DNA of 54,488 nt from Candidatus Bathyarchaeota archaeon (lineage in GTDB: Archaea > Thermoproteota > Bathyarchaeia > Bathyarchaeales > Bathyarchaeaceae), in NCBI GenBank assembly GCA_050115935.1, contig JASFPO010000001.1, positions 1 to 54,488 of the forward strand, written 5' to 3'. Positions within the stretch are counted from its first letter, which is position 1; the number at the start of each line of letters is the position of its first letter. Of the stretch, positions 1 to 7,820 are shown one piece after another. Position numbers and translations under genes: made by a program. The notes beneath the pieces are model-generated. The model was given only the letters and a program-made list of their open reading frames with translations. It was not told the origin of the DNA and did not search any database.

Positions 1-26
1 GATGAAGGTCTTGGTGTCTATTTCGT

Positions 27-890
27 TCACGCCCTTGACGCAACTGGAGTTTTTGCCTTAATATCTCTCAGTTTTCTTCGGTAGTAGGCGAGTGGATGTC
101 TTATTCTCCTCCTGCAAATCTCGTCCATACCTGGGCACACACCATGGGTGCGTAAGGTGTCGCATCTCGGCGGGATGTACTTTATTCTAGAACCTCTTAG
201 CCCCGCTAAGTGCTCTACTTGATAGCGAGTCATTCTTTCATTGAAGTCAGCCAGAGAACGAAACAGGTCAACCACATTTTCGGGATCCATACCTACATTT
301 ATTAAGAAAGTTGTGAGAGCAAACCGCCCAATGTGAGAAAGGTGACGCCCAGAACTTATTGTTTCATGCAAGCTCTTTACGCAGGGAGGATACGCAACGA
401 TGATGATTTCTGAGGGAATCTCTTCCCAGCTGGTCTTCCCTCTTTTGTCGTAGAAGAGTTGCTTCAGCTTGTTGATGTGATCCATTATGTTGGGAGGTAA
501 CGACTTAACTTCTACCTCAAGTTTCTGTTCTATATATCTGCGCACTTCTTCCTCTAGAAGTCGACAAGCCTCAACTTGAGTTAGAAAGACTTCTCCTTTT
601 GACAGCAATTTGTTGGTGAGTTTCCACCTTTTGTCCTGCATAACCGCCGCGTTTCTTATGTAATCCGCGAAACCAAGCAAAAAATCGAAGCTCGGCATGT
701 TAGGTTGAGGCTGTATTGGTTTTAGTTTCCACTCGAAGTTCTTTGAAATTTCAATAATTGTTTCTTTGCTTTCCTCTCTGAGCAAGGTGGACACGCGTTT
801 GGCTTCTGCTAATGCGTAGGTTCTCTTAATGCGCGAATCTCCAGTTGCGGCAACCATCATGATTGCGATTGGAAAGGAGGGAATTTCCAC
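27..890 (-). CDS. priL: DNA primase large subunit PriL (main body)
   Basis: 287-aa ORF. It has EIPSFPIAIMMVAA...YALAEAKRVSTLL and the C-terminal Fe-S cysteines (PPCVKSL, CDTLRTHGVCPG, IRHPLAYY) typical of archaeal/eukaryotic PriL. The GTG at 890 is only the ORF-finder start; the N-terminal segment lies in another frame. Confidence 0.85.
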   Translation of the reverse strand: MEIPSFPIAIMMVAATGDSRIKRTYALAEAKRVSTLLREESKETIIEISKNFEWKLKPIQPQPNMPSFDFLLGFADYIRNAAVMQDKRWKLTNKLLSKGEVFLTQVEACRLLEEEVRRYIEQKLEVEVKSLPPNIMDHINKLKQLFYDKRGKTSWEEIPSEIIIVAYPPCVKSLHETISSGRHLSHIGRFALTTFLINVGMDPENVVDLFRSLADFNERMTRYQVEHLAGLRGSRIKYIPPRCDTLRTHGVCPGMDEICRRRIRHPLAYYRRKLRDIKAKTPVASRA

Positions 891-1084
891 ATTGTCTTTG
901 ATTTTGTCTGTTTTTCGCTCACCCTATTATAGAGCAGTGCTTCTTCAATTCTGGCTTCTGCTCTTCTTAAAATGGGTCGATATTCGATTTCTTCAAGTTC
1001 GTCGATTTTCAGATCTAGTTTTTCGACAAATTTTGCAGCGTCTGGAATGAACGGATATTTTGCTTGGTCGCTTTTGGTTAGAAC
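857..1084 (-). other. priL: Out-of-frame 5' segment of priL (KYPFIPDAAKFVEKL...RAEARIEEALLYNRV)
   Basis: My translation of the minus strand gives VLTKSDQAKYPFIPDAAKFVEKLDLKIDELEEIEYRPILRRAEARIEEALLYNRVSEKQ..., which resembles the PriL N-terminus (KYPF motif). It is in a different frame from the 27..890 ORF. The two frames overlap around an A5 run (plus-strand T5 at 911-915). There is no ATG/GTG/TTG near its 5' end. Confidence 0.6.
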
Positions 1085-1132
1085 TTATATTCTCCCTCCT
1101 ATGCGTTGTGCCCTAACGCTGTTCCTTGCTTG

Positions 1133-1888
1133 TCACTCTACTTCTATGCGTGGAGCCAAGTAAAAGGTGAGTTTTCCTTCTTTTGGTTGTTGGAAGTCAA
1201 TCTTAACGGGCATGTCAGATGAGAATTCTAGTGTTGCGATGTCGCTGGTTGCTGATGCGCTTTTGATTATTTCTGACAGGTAGCTTAGGCTGAATGTTGC
1301 TTTAGATGACTCTTTAGCTTCGAGGTCTAGTAGAGTTTCGCTTCCCTTTTTAAGTTCTACCACTGCTCCCATGAGATCTCCTGTTGCACGTAAAGTCATT
1401 TTTTCATTGTCTATTTCAACGCGGACATGGTCGCTTACGAGTTGTACGTCTTCTATGGCTTGATGTAAACCATGGGTGGTGGTTTTGGCGCGGACGTTGA
1501 AGGCTATTTTTGGTGTAGGTACCTCTTCTTCGGCGGCTTCTAAGGTTGGCATGTTGAAGGTGCGGTCGTATCTGCCTTTGATCGCGATGTTGAGTCGTCC
1601 GGTTTTTTCGTCTAGTGCAAGTTCAACGGACTCGTCCTTGGCGGATCGGCGGAGAAGCTTAAGCATTTCGCTTACGTTTATGCAGATTTTCGTTTGAGCG
1701 TCACATTGGTATTCGTCAAATATTGTTTTCGGCCATTCGAAGTCTATCATGGCAACACGAGATGGGTCCATTGCGCGTAGTTTGATGCCTTCGGGGTTCA
1801 TGTCAAAAGTTGCTTCATCAACTAGGGTTGATATGACGGTTATCATGTCGCGCAGGAGTTTTGCGTCTGTTATTCGGAGTTTAAACAA
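1133..1888 (-). CDS. pcn: DNA polymerase sliding clamp PCNA
   Basis: 251 aa. MFKLRITDAKLLRDMITVISTLVDEATFDMNPEGIKLRAMDPSRVAMIDF is a classic archaeal PCNA N-terminus. TTG start, with GGAGG 14 nt upstream. Confidence 0.92.
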   Translation of the reverse strand: MFKLRITDAKLLRDMITVISTLVDEATFDMNPEGIKLRAMDPSRVAMIDFEWPKTIFDEYQCDAQTKICINVSEMLKLLRRSAKDESVELALDEKTGRLNIAIKGRYDRTFNMPTLEAAEEEVPTPKIAFNVRAKTTTHGLHQAIEDVQLVSDHVRVEIDNEKMTLRATGDLMGAVVELKKGSETLLDLEAKESSKATFSLSYLSEIIKSASATSDIATLEFSSDMPVKIDFQQPKEGKLTFYLAPRIEVE

Positions 1889-2032
1889 TTTTCGATTTCA
1901 CGCCTCCTTTGTGCTGGTTAATTGTAGCGTTGACTTGATTTTAAGCCTTCTCATAAAAAGACAGTCTTGGAAAAATCGGGTTGCTATTCCATTGACAAGG
2001 GTAAGGTTTCTGTCTTGTCGGCTACAAATGTC

Positions 2033-2359
2033 CTACGAGACCCCAACTTTTCTTTTTTTCCTTAGTTTTCTGAGTTGTTGCTCCAACACTTTGATTGTCT
2101 TCTTGAGGATTTCTTTCTCGTTAGTTAGATTCTCATTTTGAGTTTGCAGCTTAAAGGACTCTTTGCGGAGTTTCTGAATTGTATCTTCGTATTCTTCACT
2201 TTTCTTGGTCAACTCAGCTACTCTACGCTTCAAGCTGGTTACTTCCACTGTTAAGGTCTCTAGTTGCTTGTTCAGACTATCTTCTTTCGATATCGGTTTT
2301 GGTCTTGATTCCTTTTGCTTCACCCTTCGCAACCAGTTCAAAGCCATAGATTCTTCCAC
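2033..2359 (-). CDS. Small coiled-coil protein (hypothetical)
   Basis: 108 aa, heptad-rich and K/E/L-rich (LETLTVEVTSLKRRVAELTKKSEEYEDTIQKLRKE...). A TTTAAA box lies about 30 nt upstream of the ATG, suggesting a leaderless mRNA. Confidence 0.5.
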   Translation of the reverse strand: MEESMALNWLRRVKQKESRPKPISKEDSLNKQLETLTVEVTSLKRRVAELTKKSEEYEDTIQKLRKESFKLQTQNENLTNEKEILKKTIKVLEQQLRKLRKKRKVGVS

Positions 2360-2576
2360 CCTGAATCTTCTTAATTGTCGATAGCCTTTAAATCGTTAAT
2401 TGTGGTCTTGAAATCAGACAATCATACAATCCACAACAGATTTTGAGAAAATCGAGGACATTTTTGTCAGCTAAAACAGAAGATCTTCAACAATACGAAG
2501 ACAAAGCCCTGAAGATTTTTGAGTAGCAACACGCCAGCAGAAAATTGCGAAATAATTATTCAAGGATAGAACAAAG

Positions 2577-2583
2577 GCGCGCG
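2577..2583. repeat. Alternating GC run (GCGCGCG) directly after the tfs stop
   Basis: Read directly from the sequence; 1-8 nt downstream of the TFS stop codon (2585-2587). Confidence 0.9.
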
Positions 2584-2584
2584 T

Positions 2585-2932
2585 TTAGCTGTATTCTCTG
2601 AATGTGTAGTTGCATTTCGTACATCTGAAGAACTGCGTAGAAGACTCGTCGCTTCCTCTTGTTTGAACCTGCCAAACATAAGCTTGATTGTTCCCACACT
2701 TTGGGCATTCAATACGCATAGTAGGCAAAACCCGCAGCTTCTGTTCTTTCTTCCCGATAATTGCAATAGTCTCTTGTGGAGAGTGCTCGATGACTTTTGG
2801 TGCGGGTTCCAACTTCTGCGCAAGTTGCTTGCTTTTGAAGTTGCATTTTGGACAGGCTAACACAAACCGTGTTTTTCCCTTGCTTTGTTTCTTCGGCACA
2901 AGTCTTGTTCCGCATTTAGGACAAAACTGCAT
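2585..2932 (-). CDS. tfs: Transcription factor S / RNA polymerase subunit M
   Basis: MQFCPKCGTRLVP N-terminal Zn ribbon and C-terminal CPKCGNNQAYVWQVQTRGSDESSTQFFRCTKCNYTF (TFIIS-type Zn ribbon with an acidic loop). The internal ATG at 2932 is preferred over the ORF start at 2947. Confidence 0.9.
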   Translation of the reverse strand: MQFCPKCGTRLVPKKQSKGKTRFVLACPKCNFKSKQLAQKLEPAPKVIEHSPQETIAIIGKKEQKLRVLPTMRIECPKCGNNQAYVWQVQTRGSDESSTQFFRCTKCNYTFREYS

Positions 2933-3028
2933 AGTTGACGTCCTCACGCGCTTCTGTTCCCTTTTGCATACCGTCGAGTCTTTTAAACCTTTTCTTATCT
3001 CAATTCAGACTCAGACTCCGATTTCTTA

Positions 3029-3643
3029 CTATTGATTTCCATTTTCCATTAGCCGACCAAGCCCTGATGCTACAAGATGCGCCACTCTTAAAGCCTCTGG
3101 GATATTGCTGCGCGTTGAAGTGCTCTTCAAAATTCTTTTAGCATCCTCCTCTGAGATGCCAGCAACATGGGCAAAAACTGGTTCTTCCCCAGTCCTCGTA
3201 CATACTCTCATTATCTTTCCGGCCTTCTCTATGGCTTCCCATCGCTTCTCGCTTTGAGGCAGATTCTGCAAGGCCTTCCTTATGTCGTTGAAGTTGGGTT
3301 TATCCCGAGTAACTGCGATCACAGGCAATTTCACATCTTCATGGAGTTTCTCTATGTCAACCACGTTGAAACCTGCCATTGTCACACCGTTAAGCATTAC
3401 AATGCGAAGCTGGTCATAATGAGGAGACGCCACTATCATAGACGCGATTCTTTCAGTTGCATCCATCCCGTCGATTTCAACTTGAGTTCGCATGACGCCG
3501 TTCAGCCAATATCCTCCTCTAAAAACCACGCCTATGACATCAACAAGACCTCTGGTGTGAGGAGTGAAAACTCCATCGTCAATACCCAAAATCCGAATCT
3601 CCGGCTTCACTACACGGATTCTGGCAACTTCACTCTTTCTCAT
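3029..3643 (-). CDS. DUF99/UPF0215 family protein (endonuclease V-like fold)
   Basis: IRILGIDDGVF...VIGVVFRGGYWLNGVMRTQVEIDGMDAT pattern typical of archaeal UPF0215. The ATG at 3643 lies 2 nt from the upstream stop. Confidence 0.7.
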   Translation of the reverse strand: MRKSEVARIRVVKPEIRILGIDDGVFTPHTRGLVDVIGVVFRGGYWLNGVMRTQVEIDGMDATERIASMIVASPHYDQLRIVMLNGVTMAGFNVVDIEKLHEDVKLPVIAVTRDKPNFNDIRKALQNLPQSEKRWEAIEKAGKIMRVCTRTGEEPVFAHVAGISEEDAKRILKSTSTRSNIPEALRVAHLVASGLGRLMENGNQ

Positions 3644-3644
3644 T

Positions 3645-4037
3645 TCACTTATCAAGCCTCGCCAAAATCTCACGGAGCAAAGCGGCAAAAGCCTCAACAA
3701 CATCATTCTTCGCGCTCAGAATCTTCACAGAATCTTCAAGCGTTACAGTGTCAGCTAACCAGGCAAACACGATTATGGCTTCAGCAGCATTTCCGAGATC
3801 GTGACGGTCAATCCTGTGAGGCAGCAATTTTCTCATATCCGCCTTTTTGACCGCCTCAGCTAGAATTTTATTGTTGACTTTTACACTTGTAGGATGGCCT
3901 GATTTCTGAGATGCAACAAGAGAGTAAAGAAAGTTTACATAAGCGTCGCCTAGTCCAGCTAAGTTCTTGTCGAGCAAGATCTCTTCAAGAGTTTGGTATC
4001 TCTTTATAACCAGGCCTTTGCTCATTTTTGTGGCCAT
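3645..4037 (-). CDS. Putative RNase III-like domain protein
   Basis: 130 aa. LAGLGDAYVNFLYSL and GNAAEAIIVFAWL weakly resemble the RNase III signature and its C-terminal helix. It sits in a conserved position between rpoL and DUF99. Weak call. Confidence 0.4.
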   Translation of the reverse strand: MATKMSKGLVIKRYQTLEEILLDKNLAGLGDAYVNFLYSLVASQKSGHPTSVKVNNKILAEAVKKADMRKLLPHRIDRHDLGNAAEAIIVFAWLADTVTLEDSVKILSAKNDVVEAFAALLREILARLDK

Positions 4038-4327
4038 TCTTTCAACGCTTTTGTTAGGCTATTGCGAAACTGTTCAGTCTGATTCCTTATTTTTGTTGCT
4101 GCCTCCCGCATTACGGTTTCAGCCTTTTTATCTGGTTTTCGCCCCTCTTTCATGCGAACATAAACTATGGGATTTGCCACCAGTGGATGAGGTATGTCGT
4201 AGCCTGCCATTTCAACTGATTTATCTTCCAGTAGAGCTTTCTGCAAAACGTTGCAAAAAGTATGTCCTTCGTTTTCGATTTCTATACGCAACTCATCAGA
4301 TGTCTTTTTCAGAACTTTTATGTTCAA
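4022..4327 (-). CDS. rpoL: DNA-directed RNA polymerase subunit Rpo11 (L)
   Basis: 101 aa. MNIKVLKKTSDELRIEIENEGHTFCNVLQKALLED...AGYDIPHPL is a typical RpoL/Rpb11-like sequence. Confidence 0.85.
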   Translation of the reverse strand: MNIKVLKKTSDELRIEIENEGHTFCNVLQKALLEDKSVEMAGYDIPHPLVANPIVYVRMKEGRKPDKKAETVMREAATKIRNQTEQFRNSLTKALKEWPQK

Positions 4328-4902
4328 GCCATTTCACCTTTGCCATAATCTTGGGCAGCTTTGCGATTCTCAATCTTGCCACATTTTGAACAGTGCATCC
4401 TCACTTTTCTATGGGTTAGAATGTTCCCACAGTGAGAACAGAAAGCATGGATGACTCCCAGATCAGGCTCTTTGGTAGACAAATGGAAAGTTCTGTTTTT
4501 ATCGCTGACCACCTTTGCGCGAATTAGGTCGCCAGGTTTACATACTTCATACATAGTTTCAACATAGCGGAGACTCACATCTGAAACGTGTAAGATGCCA
4601 GTGAAGAAACCAGAAAGAGAATGCTTGCTCACTTGGTATATGCGCACAACTGCTGTTTTGCTTTGTACATCTGTAACCTGACCAGTTATCAGGCTACCAA
4701 CTTGGGGAAAAGGCAAAAAGCGAGTTCTCGGAAAAACCGAGACCTGCTTGTTAAGCACATCTATCAAAGCGCGACCAGTTGCAGAAGAATAGATTGTGCC
4801 GTTTTCCTCGTAAGTTCCGGGTCCAGGCATGAATTCTTCAATCACACCTAAGCGGTCGCCAGGAACCACAAATTGTCCAGTTTTCTGTTTTGACGAAGGC
4901 AT
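4324..4902 (-). CDS. csl4: Exosome complex RNA-binding subunit Csl4
   Basis: FVVPGDRLGVIEEF N-terminal domain, an S1-like core (GSLITGQVTDVQSKTAVVRI) and a C-terminal Zn ribbon (CSHCGN...CSKCG). The internal ATG at 4902 is preferred. Confidence 0.85.
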   Translation of the reverse strand: MPSSKQKTGQFVVPGDRLGVIEEFMPGPGTYEENGTIYSSATGRALIDVLNKQVSVFPRTRFLPFPQVGSLITGQVTDVQSKTAVVRIYQVSKHSLSGFFTGILHVSDVSLRYVETMYEVCKPGDLIRAKVVSDKNRTFHLSTKEPDLGVIHAFCSHCGNILTHRKVRMHCSKCGKIENRKAAQDYGKGEMA

Positions 4903-5036
4903 TTTCCATTCCTTCAATACCAGTCTTGAAGATAGCACATCTCTAACTCTTTCCTCGAAGCATCGCAATAAACCTTTTGATTCTTCGCTTGCTGTATCAG
5001 AAAACCTTATATGGTTGGATTATCCATCCAATAAAC

Positions 5037-5621
5037 ATGCGCTCACCCACTGTACGTCAAATCGCTCTATTGAGCGTGTTAATCGCCGTCTCTCTAGGTA
5101 TCCAGCTAGCTCCCCGCCCGCCAAATGTCGAGTTCACCTCTTTATTCACCTTTCTTGTCGGCGTCCTATACGGCAGCCTAGTTGGCGGATTCTTCGGCGG
5201 CTTCGTAATGTTTGTAAACGGATTCTTGTCACCTTGGGGCTTTGCCGGCTTAATGATGCCATTTCAAATAGTCGGAATGGCAACAATTGGATTCTGCGGA
5301 GGAATTTACAGAAGACATGCGACCGGGCAAAACTCCGCTCAAGTCAGCGCTGAACTTGCGATTTTAGGTGCAATTCTGACGTTTCTATTTGACGTTGTCA
5401 CAAACGTAGGTGTTGCTGTGTTACCTGCACTAGCTGGAACTCCATGGCACATCTCTTTGATATTGGCACTTTTCATGGGAGCCCCATTTTCTTTGATTCA
5501 CATAATTTCTAACACTGCTCTGTTCAGCTTAGGATTTATCCCGCTCTTTAGAGCCTTGCAAAGAATCCCAGGAGGTGAAACCTTATGGTCAAAAAAAGAA
5601 CTCTTGCATTCACAACGTTAG
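5037..5621 (+). CDS. Polytopic membrane protein, ECF-transporter S-component-like
   Basis: Five or six hydrophobic helices with G-rich packing motifs, followed by an overlapping DUF4430-like gene (a common pairing). Call rests on composition and context only. Confidence 0.55.
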   Translation: MRSPTVRQIALLSVLIAVSLGIQLAPRPPNVEFTSLFTFLVGVLYGSLVGGFFGGFVMFVNGFLSPWGFAGLMMPFQIVGMATIGFCGGIYRRHATGQNSAQVSAELAILGAILTFLFDVVTNVGVAVLPALAGTPWHISLILALFMGAPFSLIHIISNTALFSLGFIPLFRALQRIPGGETLWSKKELLHSQR

Positions 5622-6064
5622 CTGTACTAGCTTGGGCTGCTTTGACAACTACTCTGTTGGGCTATTTCTACATACGTTTTCAAGAATACGTTGAGTTATC
5701 ACATGAGTACGAAGCCGCAATAATGAGAGTGAACATATACATCCACTATGGAAATGAAACAGGGAAGTTCTGGTACAACGACACAATTGTGCCATTGGGT
5801 ATTGCTCTGTTGAATGCCACAGAAACTATTGCTGATGTCGAATCCACGCCCTATCCGGGGATCGGTGTGCTTGTCGATTCCATAGGTGGTGTTGCAAACA
5901 GTGTGACCGAAGGGAAGTCATGGTTCTGGTGGAACTGGGACACAACGAATTCAAAGTGGATCTATGGGGAAATCGGAGCGGACCAGCACATGTTACATCG
6001 CGGAGACATTGTGGCATGGACCTATCGAAGCTATGAAACGTGGCCTCCACCGCCACCTTCATAA
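5585..6064 (+). CDS. DUF4430-like secreted/anchored protein
   Basis: N-terminal TM anchor, then ...GIGVLVDSIGGVANSVTEGKSWFWWNW...HRGDIVAWTY, resembling the transcobalamin-like DUF4430 fold. PPPPPS tail. Confidence 0.55.
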   Translation: MVKKRTLAFTTLAVLAWAALTTTLLGYFYIRFQEYVELSHEYEAAIMRVNIYIHYGNETGKFWYNDTIVPLGIALLNATETIADVESTPYPGIGVLVDSIGGVANSVTEGKSWFWWNWDTTNSKWIYGEIGADQHMLHRGDIVAWTYRSYETWPPPPPS

Positions 6065-6768
6065 CTTCTCCTGCTTTTTCTTTCTATCACATATAGATTC
6101 ACTATAAACTCGTGTTTTCGTTTTCTATGAAATCCGAACATGTATGGTATAGCCATAATCTTTGCGTATGTAGCACGTATCTGCCCACCATGCTTTTCAA
6201 TGAACCTTTTGAGAAAGACAGAAGGCTGAACGGGTACAACTTTGGTTTCATGTTCCTTGAGCCTTTTGAGAAGCTCCTTGTTGCTTTCTCCTTTGTGAAG
6301 TGAATAGATTCTATTCGCTATTTCTAAGGATTTTTTGAGAAAACTTCTATCTGCTCTTCTTTTTTGCACACCAAAAGGTGGATTTTGGAGCACCGTATCG
6401 AAGTCACCATGTAAAGCATCAATGTGTGCTATGACCCATTGGGTCCTGTCTTTCACACCTGACTCTTTTGCGCTTTTCCAAGCTAGTTTCACGGCGGTTT
6501 TGTCAATATCGACGCCAACAGCTTCTCTAGCCCCTAAAAGCGTTGCGCCAATGGCTAGTCTTCCAGTGCCACATCCAAGATCTGCCACGGTCTTTCCGAT
6601 GATGTCACCATTTACGTAAGCGGCTATATAGAGAATTTCTGCTGCGATGTTTGCAGGTATTGTGTACTGTTCCAGATGAGCCTTAGGATCAGGATGAGGC
6701 GCAACTTTAGACAATGCGATTTCTAGGTTCCGTTTCCGAACCAGCCTTCTTTGCACAGTTTTTCCCAA
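6031..6768 (-). CDS. METTL5-like N6-adenine RNA methyltransferase
   Basis: DLGCGTGRLAIGA (SAM motif I) and VLQNPPFG (NPPF catalytic motif). The leading HLEQYTIPANIAAEIL is typical of the METTL5 family. Confidence 0.75.
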   Translation of the reverse strand: MGKTVQRRLVRKRNLEIALSKVAPHPDPKAHLEQYTIPANIAAEILYIAAYVNGDIIGKTVADLGCGTGRLAIGATLLGAREAVGVDIDKTAVKLAWKSAKESGVKDRTQWVIAHIDALHGDFDTVLQNPPFGVQKRRADRSFLKKSLEIANRIYSLHKGESNKELLKRLKEHETKVVPVQPSVFLKRFIEKHGGQIRATYAKIMAIPYMFGFHRKRKHEFIVNLYVIERKSRRSYEGGGGGHVS

Positions 6769-7730
6769 CTCATTTCTTCAAGAACGACCAATGTCTCCTC
6801 TAATGTCAGAACAGGCTTGCGGAATTTTGATGCGTCATCCAGAGATACACGGGGACATGCAGTGTTAACGAAAGCCTCTAATGTTGGAAACTGCATCAAA
6901 GCTTCTGGAGTTATCTCTCTTAGCGCAAGCAAAGTAGCCTTCTTTTCTTTCTTCTCTAGATTCTCCTTAATCTCTAGAGCTTCATCGAGTCTCTCCTGTC
7001 CATTTTTAAGTCCAATGAGTAAACCGAAATTTTCCGCACTTTTTGCTTCACAGATTGTTGCCCAACGCTGTTTCATGGTCGTCTGAACCTCGTTGTCTAT
7101 GCGGTAGGCTCTTTTCTCGTATGGGTCAGCCACTGTGACGGGTTTTCCTGTTGCCAATGCCAAGCCGATGGCATGGAATTTGCCGCCTCCAATGAAGAGG
7201 AAGGCTTCCACGTCTTCAGAGACTGCTTTGGCATTGCTGTAGTTGCAACCTGTTACTTGACCAGCGTAGTTTAGCTTTCCAGTGTCTCCGATTGCAACGC
7301 CTTTTCCAGCTTTAATGAGACGTTCTCGGGCCTCACTTAACATGTCAACGTGCTGCACAGTAGTCGCCAATCCAAGACTCTTCCAACCCTCAATGAAGGG
7401 CAAGGCGTTGTTTATTGCTTCTTTAATGCTGACTCCAGCTTTGGCTTCTACGTAGATTGTTGGCACTCTTGACTGTCTTGTTATAGGAGTGTGCCCAAAG
7501 TGAACAAGCAAGTCAGCTCTTAGGGTTTCAGCTTCTGGAATCGCTAAGTCACAAGCTCCATAGCAAGGGTCTGCTGAGATTATAGCTAGGGCTCCAGTTT
7601 TCTCAACGACTTTTGCCAAGCGAGGCCCATGAGGTTTCAAGCCTTCAGGGAGCTGAATGAGAACATGTTTCGCTTCAAGTTTTTCTATTTCCTGTTTGAT
7701 TCTTTCTTCCTCAAAATAGAATTTTTCCAT
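6723..7730 (-). CDS. dph2: Diphthamide biosynthesis radical-SAM enzyme Dph2
   Basis: 335 aa. VLIQLPEGLK...IISADPCYGACD...GCNYS pattern typical of archaeal Dph2. Confidence 0.85.
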   Translation of the reverse strand: MEKFYFEEERIKQEIEKLEAKHVLIQLPEGLKPHGPRLAKVVEKTGALAIISADPCYGACDLAIPEAETLRADLLVHFGHTPITRQSRVPTIYVEAKAGVSIKEAINNALPFIEGWKSLGLATTVQHVDMLSEARERLIKAGKGVAIGDTGKLNYAGQVTGCNYSNAKAVSEDVEAFLFIGGGKFHAIGLALATGKPVTVADPYEKRAYRIDNEVQTTMKQRWATICEAKSAENFGLLIGLKNGQERLDEALEIKENLEKKEKKATLLALREITPEALMQFPTLEAFVNTACPRVSLDDASKFRKPVLTLEETLVVLEEMSWEKLCKEGWFGNGT

Positions 7731-7820
7731 GAACGCACGCTCAAGTTTAGACTCTGCTAATCAAATACATCTTTCTCGTACGCAGTTCTCCTCATTTTCG
7801 ATTGCACTTGTGCAACACAA

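Noticed and set aside
6031-6064. A 34-nt convergent overlap in which the PPPPPS tail of the DUF4430-like protein is encoded opposite the GGGGGHVS tail of the METTL5-like methyltransferase.
   Set aside because: This is most simply a coincidence of a CCACC/GGTGG tract read on both strands. One or both tails may be non-functional extensions. It is not evidence of anything special.
7802-7815. The palindrome TTGCAC-TT-GTGCAA between the ppsA stop and the dph2 start.
   Set aside because: It is short, single and too tight to form a hairpin. It could be a binding site, but I have no supporting evidence.
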